Of a stretch of DNA of 64,000 nucleotides, positions 26,974 through 35,210 are shown in pieces (the stretch's first letter is position 1; each line of letters opens with the position of its first letter). The notes under the pieces are model-generated. The model saw only the letters and a list, made by a program, of their open reading frames with translations, was not told the origin of the DNA and searched no databases. This DNA is from an uncultured Rhodobacteraceae bacterium. GTDB lineage: Bacteria > Pseudomonadota > Alphaproteobacteria > Rhodobacterales > Rhodobacteraceae. Location: positions 198,841-262,840 of the forward strand of contig CANLYJ010000004.1 of the NCBI GenBank assembly GCA_947495295.1, read 5' to 3'. A program made the translations under genes and the position numbers.

Positions 26974-27821
26974 TGCCCGATCTATGGGGAATTGCCGCCA
27001 TTGTGACGAAGTTCACGCTCTACCTTGGTGTTCTGACAGCGGCAGGCACAGTCATGGCGGCGCTTGTATTTAGGTTGGAGCGCACCCGCGGTTTGGCCTT
27101 GGCATTCGCGGCTCTGGGCCTCGTCGCATCTTTAATCGCGTTCTCTTTAAGAGGGGCAAGCTTGACGGGTGATGCAAGCGGGCTGACCGATCCTGAAATG
27201 CTGGCCCTGTTATGGAGCACACCTGTCGGGACGGCCTTGATGTATCGCGTCACAGGTCTTGGCTTGCTGGCCGTAGGCTTGTTCATGGGGAAATTCGGTA
27301 AATGGGTTTGCGCTTTGGGCGGCCTCATGGCGATCTGGTCCTTTGATCATATTGGGCATATCTCGGGGCGCAACACGGCTTTGCTCGACATCGCGTTGAC
27401 GCTTCATCTGGTGGCCGTTGCCCTATGGATCGGAATTCTTACGCCGCTCAAACGCCTGGCGTCCCGGCCTGCAACATATGCAATGGCAGCGGATGTAGGC
27501 CATCGGTTCGGGCGCGTCGCATCGGTTGCGGTTCCTGCATTGATCGTCATGGGCGGCTACATGGGCTACCAACTGGTTGGATCATTCACCGCACTGATCG
27601 GGACAGCCTATGGGCAGGCGCTGACGATCAAGGTGGCGCTGGTTGCCGGCCTTCTTGTATTGGCGGCGGTCAACAAACTGCGGTTCATCCCAGAACTTCA
27701 GATCGGCAATCCAGTCGCCGCAGGTCACCTTGTCAAGACCATCTCGGTTGAATGGGGCGTCATCCTCGCCATTCTTGGTGTAACCGCCATTCTCACCTCC
27801 AACCTGACACTGCCAACATGA
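26970..27821 (+). CDS. copD: CopD copper resistance membrane protein
   Basis: 283 aa with 8 TM helices. Overlaps the copC stop, the canonical copCD pairing. Confidence 0.8.
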   Translation: MMPDLWGIAAIVTKFTLYLGVLTAAGTVMAALVFRLERTRGLALAFAALGLVASLIAFSLRGASLTGDASGLTDPEMLALLWSTPVGTALMYRVTGLGLLAVGLFMGKFGKWVCALGGLMAIWSFDHIGHISGRNTALLDIALTLHLVAVALWIGILTPLKRLASRPATYAMAADVGHRFGRVASVAVPALIVMGGYMGYQLVGSFTALIGTAYGQALTIKVALVAGLLVLAAVNKLRFIPELQIGNPVAAGHLVKTISVEWGVILAILGVTAILTSNLTLPT

Positions 27822-27829
27822 GGCCCCAC

Positions 27830-29128
27830 ATGAACAGACGAAAATTCCTGGCCTCGGCCTCGATCACCGCAGTCCTGCCGATGCCGACCTTTGCCGCTGA
27901 AGACATCTTTCGCCTCAGGGCAGAAGCTGTGGTTCAGCAGTTGCTTCCCGAAAGTGACCCGGCTACCGCCATGCTTGGCTTCAACGGATCAATGCCAGGT
28001 CCAGAATTGCGGATGCGTCGGGGGGAACGGGTCACGATTGAGGTCGAGAACGGGCTTGATGAAGGCACAGCCGTCCATTGGCACGGCATCAGGTTGGAAA
28101 ACCAGATGGACGGGGTGCCGATGCTGACACAGAACTTGATAAATCCTTCCGAGACGCTGACCTACAGCTTCGTGCCACCCGATGCGGGCACCTATTGGTA
28201 TCATTCGCATTACATTTCTTACGAACAGGTGGCGCGTGGCATGATGGGCGCGCTAATTGTTGAGGACGAAACACCACCGGATGTCGATCAGGATATAACG
28301 GTGCTGATGTCAGATTGGCGGATGTCGGAAGATGGCTCTCTGTCTGACACGTTTGCCGACCGGCATAGCGTTGCACATGGTGGTTACTTGGGAAACGTTG
28401 CCCGTGCGTTCCTATCCAGTGATCAGGTCAGGTCTGGAGATCGGGTTAGGTTTCGACTGATCAACGCCGCAACAAACCGTATTTTCCCCCTGTCCATCAG
28501 CGGTGTCAGTGGGTCGGTTGTGGCATTGGATGGCATGGCATTGGCCGAACCGCGTCCGCTGGCGGAACTGGTTCTTGCACCTGCCCAACGGGCCGATGTC
28601 ATTGTGGATATCACCGGACCTGTCGGATTTGACATGATGACCCGGCAAGGTGCGTATCGTTTGGCGGATCTGGCGGTAAGCGGGTCCAATACCCTGCGGC
28701 AACCGCAGCCCATAGCGGTACTGGCGGCACCAGACCTGCAGACACCCGGCGAAGCAACACAGCACCTCACCCTGACGATGATGGGGGGGGCGATGGGCGG
28801 CCGCCATGACGGTGACAACATCTGGGCCTTCAACAACGTCTCTGACCTGCAAGACGATCCATTCGGGTCGTTTGAACGAGGCGAAACCGTGCGGATCACG
28901 TTGGTCAATGACACGTCATTTCCGCATGGCATTCATCTGCATGGCCATCATTTTTACGAGGTCGGTGCCGATGGCGCATTGGGGGACCTGCGAGACACAA
29001 CGCTGGTCGATGCGGGCGAAAGCCGTGACATCATCTGTGTGTTTGACAACCCCGGGCGCTGGCTCTTGCATTGCCACATGCTGAGCCATGCGGTGGGCGG
29101 GATGCGCACTTGGGTGAATGTGGCGTGA
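27830..29128 (+). CDS. Tat-exported multicopper oxidase
   Basis: Tat-like MNRRKFLASA. Copper ligand motifs HWHG, WYHSH, HGIHLHGH and HCHMLSHAVGGM. Confidence 0.88.
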   Translation: MNRRKFLASASITAVLPMPTFAAEDIFRLRAEAVVQQLLPESDPATAMLGFNGSMPGPELRMRRGERVTIEVENGLDEGTAVHWHGIRLENQMDGVPMLTQNLINPSETLTYSFVPPDAGTYWYHSHYISYEQVARGMMGALIVEDETPPDVDQDITVLMSDWRMSEDGSLSDTFADRHSVAHGGYLGNVARAFLSSDQVRSGDRVRFRLINAATNRIFPLSISGVSGSVVALDGMALAEPRPLAELVLAPAQRADVIVDITGPVGFDMMTRQGAYRLADLAVSGSNTLRQPQPIAVLAAPDLQTPGEATQHLTLTMMGGAMGGRHDGDNIWAFNNVSDLQDDPFGSFERGETVRITLVNDTSFPHGIHLHGHHFYEVGADGALGDLRDTTLVDAGESRDIICVFDNPGRWLLHCHMLSHAVGGMRTWVNVA

Positions 29129-29319
29129 AGTGGCTGGTCGTTAGTCTGACAGTTTCGGCATCAGGCGCCAGGGCGGATCACAACTGGGACAAACGCGACA
29201 TTGAGGCTGACAGAAACCTCTATGTTGGCAATTCTGCCTCATGCTACGGCGCAAATCTTGAGTGGCAAGCGAAGTGGCCTACACCAAATGCGGATGGGGT
29301 GCTTCAGGTTTCAGTATGA
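29125..29319 (+). pseudogene. Truncated, heme-motif-mutated c-type cytochrome fragment
   Basis: 64 codons. Signal-like VKWLVVSLTVSASGARA, then NLYVGNSASCYGANLEWQAKWPTPNADG. This parallels the cop-cluster cytochrome pattern CASCHGANLEGQ..W..PNADG, but CxxCH is now SxxCY and the ORF stops before the His-rich C-terminus. Confidence 0.55.
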
Positions 29320-29529
29320 AGCAGCATCCGCTCTCGCAACTTGTGTGATTGTCGCAGTTTCAGGAATAGGGCTGGCCGCGTTGCTCGGTATCTTTGTGGG
29401 CGCCGAGCAGCATCCATGTTTCCCACTCTATCGCCCTAGTACAGGAACGTTTTGCGACCCTCTTGTTGCTCTTATTGGTTGCCTGGGTCGATGAGTTTGC
29501 GCCGGGTAGGTGGTTATATCCTGACAACC

Positions 29530-29555
29530 GTAGGATGGGTGGTTTCACCCATCAT
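29530..29555. repeat. Palindromic repeat copy GTAGGATGGGTGgtttCACCCATCAT
   Basis: Related to the 922/15374/15426 hairpins. Lies in the degenerate junction between the copper module and the pse cluster. Confidence 0.6.
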
Positions 29556-29829
29556 TTTCTAACAGTCGTTAACACACCCAAAGCGCTGCACGTTAATCCG
29601 GCCATTTGTCGCGCAAGGGTCCGACGCTTTGCCGACATGTGGCCGACCTATCGCCGAGCGTATTTATCAACAATGACCGCATCACATGCTTCTCTTTATC
29701 GCGCAGGAACCGCACGGCCGGAAGTTTTCGCCACCGGCGATGGTTTGGAAGCCGGCATTCATAACCGGAGGTCAAGCGACAACGCGCTTGAAATTCAGTC
29801 AGAACTCTTGCAAACGAAGGCTTAAGTGG

Positions 29830-30864
29830 ATGTATCCACGCACAACTATACTGAGAGGGTCAACATTGCTTGAAAATTCTACCGTTCTTGTGACCGGGGG
29901 TACGGGATCATTCGGGCAGATGTTCGTTCCGCTCACTTTGCAGAAATATAACCCCAAGAAAATCATCATTTTTTCACGCGACGAGATGAAGCAATGGGAA
30001 ATGGCGAAAGCGTATCAAGACGATCCGCGTGTGCGCTTTTTCATTGGCGATGTGCGTGATCGCGATCGGCTCTACCGTGCTCTTGATGGGGTTGATTTCG
30101 TGGTGCATGCCGCCGCTACCAAGATCGTGCCAACCGCCGAATATAATCCGTTCGAATGTATCAAGACGAATGTGAATGGCGCCATGAACCTTATCGATGC
30201 CTGCATCGACAAGCGGATCAAAAAAGTTGTGGCTCTTTCAACCGATAAAGCCTCCAGCCCGATCAACCTTTACGGCGCGTCCAAGCTGGCCTCTGACAAG
30301 TTATTCGTTGCCGGAAATGCCTATGTCGGGGAACATCAGACACGTTTCAGTGTGGTGCGTTATGGGAACGTCATGGGATCGCGTGGATCGGTGATACCTT
30401 TTTTCCTGTCGGTTGCCGACAAGGGGGGTCTGCCGATTACTGATCCTCGCATGACCCGTTTCATGATCTCTCTGGAAGAGGGTGTTGATCTTGTTTGGCA
30501 TGCGTTCAGCGATATGGTTGGCGGCGAAATATACGTGAAAAAGATCCCTTCCATGTCGATCATGGAAATTGCCGAGACCGTCGCGCCGGGTACAAGAACT
30601 GAAGTTGTTGGCATTCGCCCCGGTGAAAAGCTGCACGAACAAATGGTAGGGGTCGAGGATGCGCCTTTCACCTATGAGTACGACGAGCATTACAAAATTT
30701 TGCCGTCTATCAATGATTGGGGAAGCAGCCAGGAACGCATCAAGGACGGCGTTAAGGTGCCAGAGGGGTTTGTTTATTCAAGCGACAATAACGCTGATTG
30801 GATGACCACAGATGCGCTTCAAGCCTGGATCGACAAGAACCGCGAAAAGATCGGAAAAATCTGA
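29830..30864 (+). CDS. pseB: UDP-N-acetylglucosamine 4,6-dehydratase (inverting), PseB
   Basis: VLVTGGTGSFG, catalytic YGASKLASDKLF, FlaA1/PseB length. The start is uncertain (ATG 29830 or an in-frame TTG about 40 nt downstream). Confidence 0.85.
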   Translation: MYPRTTILRGSTLLENSTVLVTGGTGSFGQMFVPLTLQKYNPKKIIIFSRDEMKQWEMAKAYQDDPRVRFFIGDVRDRDRLYRALDGVDFVVHAAATKIVPTAEYNPFECIKTNVNGAMNLIDACIDKRIKKVVALSTDKASSPINLYGASKLASDKLFVAGNAYVGEHQTRFSVVRYGNVMGSRGSVIPFFLSVADKGGLPITDPRMTRFMISLEEGVDLVWHAFSDMVGGEIYVKKIPSMSIMEIAETVAPGTRTEVVGIRPGEKLHEQMVGVEDAPFTYEYDEHYKILPSINDWGSSQERIKDGVKVPEGFVYSSDNNADWMTTDALQAWIDKNREKIGKI

Positions 30865-30974
30865 TGCTGGGGTTGGGCTGTTGGTGTGACGTCAGATCGG
30901 GTATTCTGGTCCACAGTGTCACGGAACTGCCCCGATCGCACCATCCCTAAGCGCCACGAAATAGGTCTGCAAAG

Positions 30975-32144
30975 ATGTCGGAATTCATTCCATACGGTCG
31001 GCAATCGATTTCAGATGATGATATCGCTGCGGTTGTCGATGTGCTCAAATCGGATTTTCTGACCCAAGGCCCGGCAGTGCCACAGTTTGAAGACGCTATT
31101 CGAAAGCGTGTGAAGGCCAAACATGCCATCGCCGCCAATAGTGCAACATCTGCACTGCATATTGCATGCGCGGCCCTTGAATTGGGGCCGGGGGACCTGC
31201 TTTGGACATCGCCGGTGACCTTTGTCGCGTCGGCCAACTGTGCGTTATACATGGGCGCGGATGTTGATTTTGTCGATATTGATCCGGTAACCTACAACAT
31301 GTCACCCGCTGCGCTGGAGGCCAAGCTGACTGACGCTGCTGCATGTGGTCGACTGCCCAAAGTGATCGTGCCGGTCCATCTGTCAGGTGAGCCCTGCGAT
31401 ATGGAAACCATTGGTGGTCTTGCCAAAAAATATGGCGTGCGGGTGATTGAGGATGCTTCCCACGCGATTGGCGGTGAGTATCATAGCCAACCGGTTGGCT
31501 CTTGCGCGTATAGCGATATTACGGTTTTCAGCTTTCATCCGGTCAAGATCATCACCAGCGCTGAAGGCGGTATGGCGATGACCAATGATGCAGACCTTGC
31601 GTCCCGGATGCAAATGCTTCGTAGTCATGGGATCACCCGGGATCCCGCAAAGATGACAAAGGCTTCTGATGGTGCTTGGTACTATCAGCAAACTAGTCTT
31701 GGCTGGAACTACCGGATGACCGATATTCAGGCGGCGCTGGGCGCAAGCCAGATCGACCGTTTGACGAACTTCCTGAAACGCCGACACGAAATTGCGGATC
31801 GTTATGATCAGATGCTTGCATCCTTGCCGGTCACAACACCATGTCGCGACCCAAATGCGTATTCCGCGCTTCATCTTTACATCATCAGGGTGCCAAAGAA
31901 GGCCGGGGTCGCTGCGCATCAGCAGGTATTTGATAAAATGCGCGCCGCCGGTATCGGGGTAAACCTTCACTATATCCCAGTGCATCTGCAGCCATATTAC
32001 GCGAAGCTTGGCTTTCGTCCTGGGATGTATCCGGCGGCCGAGGCTTATTATGAAGAGGCGATCAGTATCCCGATGTACCCGGATCTCTCCTCACAGGATC
32101 AAGACAGGGTTGTCGCCGTCCTGAAAGAAGCGCTTGTCGAATGA
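30975..32144 (+). CDS. pseC: UDP-4-amino-4,6-dideoxy-N-acetyl-beta-L-altrosamine transaminase, PseC
   Basis: DegT/DnrJ/EryC1 family. IPYGRQSISDDDI start and PLP-lysine block SFHPVKIITSAEGG. Confidence 0.85.
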   Translation: MSEFIPYGRQSISDDDIAAVVDVLKSDFLTQGPAVPQFEDAIRKRVKAKHAIAANSATSALHIACAALELGPGDLLWTSPVTFVASANCALYMGADVDFVDIDPVTYNMSPAALEAKLTDAAACGRLPKVIVPVHLSGEPCDMETIGGLAKKYGVRVIEDASHAIGGEYHSQPVGSCAYSDITVFSFHPVKIITSAEGGMAMTNDADLASRMQMLRSHGITRDPAKMTKASDGAWYYQQTSLGWNYRMTDIQAALGASQIDRLTNFLKRRHEIADRYDQMLASLPVTTPCRDPNAYSALHLYIIRVPKKAGVAAHQQVFDKMRAAGIGVNLHYIPVHLQPYYAKLGFRPGMYPAAEAYYEEAISIPMYPDLSSQDQDRVVAVLKEALVE

Positions 32145-32848
32145 GGCTTGCCGTCATCCCAGCCCGTGGTGGAAGCAAACGTATTCCCCGCAAGAACATC
32201 AAGCCGTTTATGGGGCAACCGATCATCGGCTATTCGATCAACACGGCAATCGACAGCGGTTGCTTTGACCGGATCATCGTTTCAACAGATGATGAAGAGA
32301 TCGCAGATGTGGCCAAGGCGCATGGCGCAGAGGTTCCGTTTCTGAGGCCGAAGGCACTGGCTGATGACATGACCGGTACAATCGATGTTATCGCGCATGC
32401 AATTGATGAAATCTGCCAGTCCGGTCATTGTCCTGACGAAGTGTGCTGTATCTATGCGACCGCGCCATTCGTCACTCCAGAAGATATACAGGAAGGGCTG
32501 CAACGGGTCCTACAGCCGGGGGTCGATTATTGTTTTCCTGTTGGCGCTTTTCCCGCACCAATCCAACGGGCGCTTCGGTTGGATCATGATAATGCTGTCG
32601 ACATGTTCGACGCAGAAACGCGTCACAGCCGATCGCAGGATCTGGAACCGGCCTATCACGACGCAGGGCAGTTCTACTGGGGCAAGACTGATGCGTGGCG
32701 ACAGCAACGCGATGTGTTTGGGTTGGCAAGTCGGGCGCTGGTGTTACCCAGCTACCGGGTTCAAGACATCGACACGCCAGATGACTGGGTCAGGGCGGAA
32801 CTGATTTTTGGGGCGATCCAACGGCAAAAAGACGGAGACCAACCGTGA
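32141..32848 (+). CDS. pseF: Pseudaminic acid cytidylyltransferase, PseF
   Basis: AVIPARGGSKRIPRKNIKPF, the CMP-sugar synthetase N-terminus. 235 aa, overlaps the pseC stop. Confidence 0.85.
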   Translation: MRLAVIPARGGSKRIPRKNIKPFMGQPIIGYSINTAIDSGCFDRIIVSTDDEEIADVAKAHGAEVPFLRPKALADDMTGTIDVIAHAIDEICQSGHCPDEVCCIYATAPFVTPEDIQEGLQRVLQPGVDYCFPVGAFPAPIQRALRLDHDNAVDMFDAETRHSRSQDLEPAYHDAGQFYWGKTDAWRQQRDVFGLASRALVLPSYRVQDIDTPDDWVRAELIFGAIQRQKDGDQP

Positions 32849-33960
32849 ATGCACGGCGGTTCCTTTTCCGCGCGGACAGCTCAACAGAAATCGGCAGTGG
32901 CCACGTCATGCGGTGTCTGTCGCTTGCGGTTGCCTTGCGAAGCCGTGGCCATGTCTGCCATTTTGTTTGCCGCGATCTTTCCGGCACCATCGCAGAAAAG
33001 GTGCCTGCCGAAGGCTTCGAACTGACACTGCTTCCAACACCGCAGAACCCATTCAATCCGGAACCGAACCAGGTCCCTCATGCGCATTGGGCTGGTGTCG
33101 ATTGGCAACAGGACGCTTCGCAAACGGCGGCTGTCACCCGCGCATTTGCGCCGGACTGGATTGTATTGGACCATTACGGGTTCGATGCGAATTGGAGCAG
33201 GTCCGTGACACGTCACGGGCAGTACAAACATCTGATCATCGATGATCTGGCGGATCGCAAACAACACGCTGACTTGCTGCTTGACCAGGGAATTGCACGG
33301 GTCGCTGCCGACTACAGCGGTTTAGTCAACGAAACCTGCCAAGTGCTGGCCGGGATGCAATATTCGGTAATGAAACCGGAATTCGCCAGGTTGCGGGACG
33401 CCAGTCTGGTGCGCCGCGCAGATGCGGCGTCCGGGCGCTTGCTGTTGGCCCTTGGTGGATATGACCCAACAAATCTCACCGGTGTCATCCTGCAAACAAT
33501 CGCCGGGGCCAAACCGGCTGCTATTAAACATATCGACGTCGTGGTAGGGCTTCTTGCGTCGCACCGCGTTGCGCTTCAGGAATTATGTCATCAGATGCCG
33601 GTCGCCAGCAGATTGCATATAGACACGCCCGATATGCCCCAGTTGATGTTAAACGCCGATTTTGCAATCGGCGGGGCCGGTTTGACCGCTATTGAGCGCT
33701 GCGTGATGGGATTGCCGTCGATTGTGATTGTGCAGGCAGACAATCAGATCGAACAGGCAAAACAGCTACATGATCGCAACGCCGCGATACGTTTTGATGG
33801 CAGTCCGCTAAGTCAGCAGGCAGAATTCGCCCAAGCCATAGAACAGCTTTGCGATCCGACAATACAGCGACGACTTTCAACGGCAGCGGCATCAATCAGC
33901 GATGGTTTGGGTTTGGAACGCCTGATTGAACGTATCGAAACAGCAGGAACGGTCCAGTGA
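32845..33960 (+). CDS. pseG: UDP-2,4-diacetamido-2,4,6-trideoxy-beta-L-altropyranose hydrolase, PseG
   Basis: FRADSSTEIGSGHVMRCLSLAVAL, the PseG hallmark, and a GT-B-like C-terminal half (NADFAIGGAGLTAIERCVMGLP). Confidence 0.8.
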   Translation: MNARRFLFRADSSTEIGSGHVMRCLSLAVALRSRGHVCHFVCRDLSGTIAEKVPAEGFELTLLPTPQNPFNPEPNQVPHAHWAGVDWQQDASQTAAVTRAFAPDWIVLDHYGFDANWSRSVTRHGQYKHLIIDDLADRKQHADLLLDQGIARVAADYSGLVNETCQVLAGMQYSVMKPEFARLRDASLVRRADAASGRLLLALGGYDPTNLTGVILQTIAGAKPAAIKHIDVVVGLLASHRVALQELCHQMPVASRLHIDTPDMPQLMLNADFAIGGAGLTAIERCVMGLPSIVIVQADNQIEQAKQLHDRNAAIRFDGSPLSQQAEFAQAIEQLCDPTIQRRLSTAAASISDGLGLERLIERIETAGTVQ

Positions 33961-34123
33961 AAATGGTTGCCGTGGACCACGCATTTGATGGCATCGTTTT
34001 GCGCGGGCTGTGCCGTGAGACTTTGGACTTTACCGTCGCATCGTCGAGTTGCACCAAAGCTATGGTTTCCGCATTGAAGGCCGACTTGCAGGATAAACGA
34101 AAATACGAAAAGGGGCATGCAGC

Positions 34124-35176
34124 ATGAATGCGCAGATTGAAATTGACGGCAGAAAAATCGGCAGGGATTTTCCGCCCTATGTTATCGCCGAGATGTCGGC
34201 CAATCATAACGGCAGCTTTGAGCGCGCGCTGGAGATTCTGGATGTCGCCGCAACAACCGGCGTTGATGCAATAAAGATGCAGACCTACACGCCCGACACG
34301 ATCACGCTGAACAGCGATGCCCCCGAATTTCGTATCGAGGAAGGATTGTGGAAGGGCCGGACGCTGTATGACCTCTACGCAGAAGCCTATACACCGTGGG
34401 ATTGGCACGGGCCCTTGTTCAAAAGGGCAAATGAGCTTGGCGTGACGCTATTCTCGTCTCCGTTTGATACAACAGCGGTGGATTTGCTGGAAGATTTGAA
34501 TGCACCCGCTTACAAGATTGCCAGTTTTGAAGCCATCGATCTGCCACTAATTCGGTATGCGGCTGAAACCGGGAAGCCAATGATCATTTCGACCGGTATG
34601 GCCAATATCCAAGAGATTGAAGAAGCCGTGGAAACGGCGCGTTCGGCTGGATGCGATCAACTGGTGGTACTGCATTGCGTCAGCGGCTATCCCGCGCCAG
34701 CAGATCAATATAACCTGCGCACCATTCCGGAAATTGAAAGCCGCTTTAACGTAGTTTCGGGGCTGTCCGACCACACGCTGGATATTGCGACAGCAATAGC
34801 ATCTGTTGCGCTGGGCGCATCGGTCATCGAAAAACACTTCACCCTGGATCGGTCGGCGAATGGTCCTGACGACAGTTTTTCCCTGGAACCGGATCAGTTC
34901 GGGCATCTGTGTACCCATGCAAGAACGGCATGGTCTGCCTTGGGGCAGCCGGATTTTGGTCAAAAGTCGAGCGAATTGGGCAATGTCAGTTTTCGGCGGT
35001 CGCTCTATGTCACAAAAGCGTTGAAAGCAGGCGATATCCTCACTGCCGAGAACGTTAGATCGGTGAGGCCAGGCCATGGTCTTGCGCCCAAGCATTTCGA
35101 TGATGTCTTAGGGCGTCGATGTACCAAGGATATCAAAGCCGCGACGGCACTTAGCTGGGACATGGTCGAAAAATGA
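34124..35176 (+). CDS. pseI: Pseudaminic acid synthase, PseI
   Basis: NeuB family with PYVIAEMSANHNG, a TIM barrel, and a C-terminal SAF domain (RRSLYVTKALKAGDILTAENVRSVRPG). Confidence 0.88.
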   Translation: MNAQIEIDGRKIGRDFPPYVIAEMSANHNGSFERALEILDVAATTGVDAIKMQTYTPDTITLNSDAPEFRIEEGLWKGRTLYDLYAEAYTPWDWHGPLFKRANELGVTLFSSPFDTTAVDLLEDLNAPAYKIASFEAIDLPLIRYAAETGKPMIISTGMANIQEIEEAVETARSAGCDQLVVLHCVSGYPAPADQYNLRTIPEIESRFNVVSGLSDHTLDIATAIASVALGASVIEKHFTLDRSANGPDDSFSLEPDQFGHLCTHARTAWSALGQPDFGQKSSELGNVSFRRSLYVTKALKAGDILTAENVRSVRPGHGLAPKHFDDVLGRRCTKDIKAATALSWDMVEK

Positions 35177-35210
35177 TCCATCAAACCATCGATGGAAGAA
35201 AGGACAAGCC

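Noticed and set aside
29394-29825. 143-aa ORF in the copper/pse junction as a real gene
   Set aside because: No motif and no convincing ribosome-binding site. It overlaps other broken frames and a palindromic repeat, so it is more consistent with decayed sequence.
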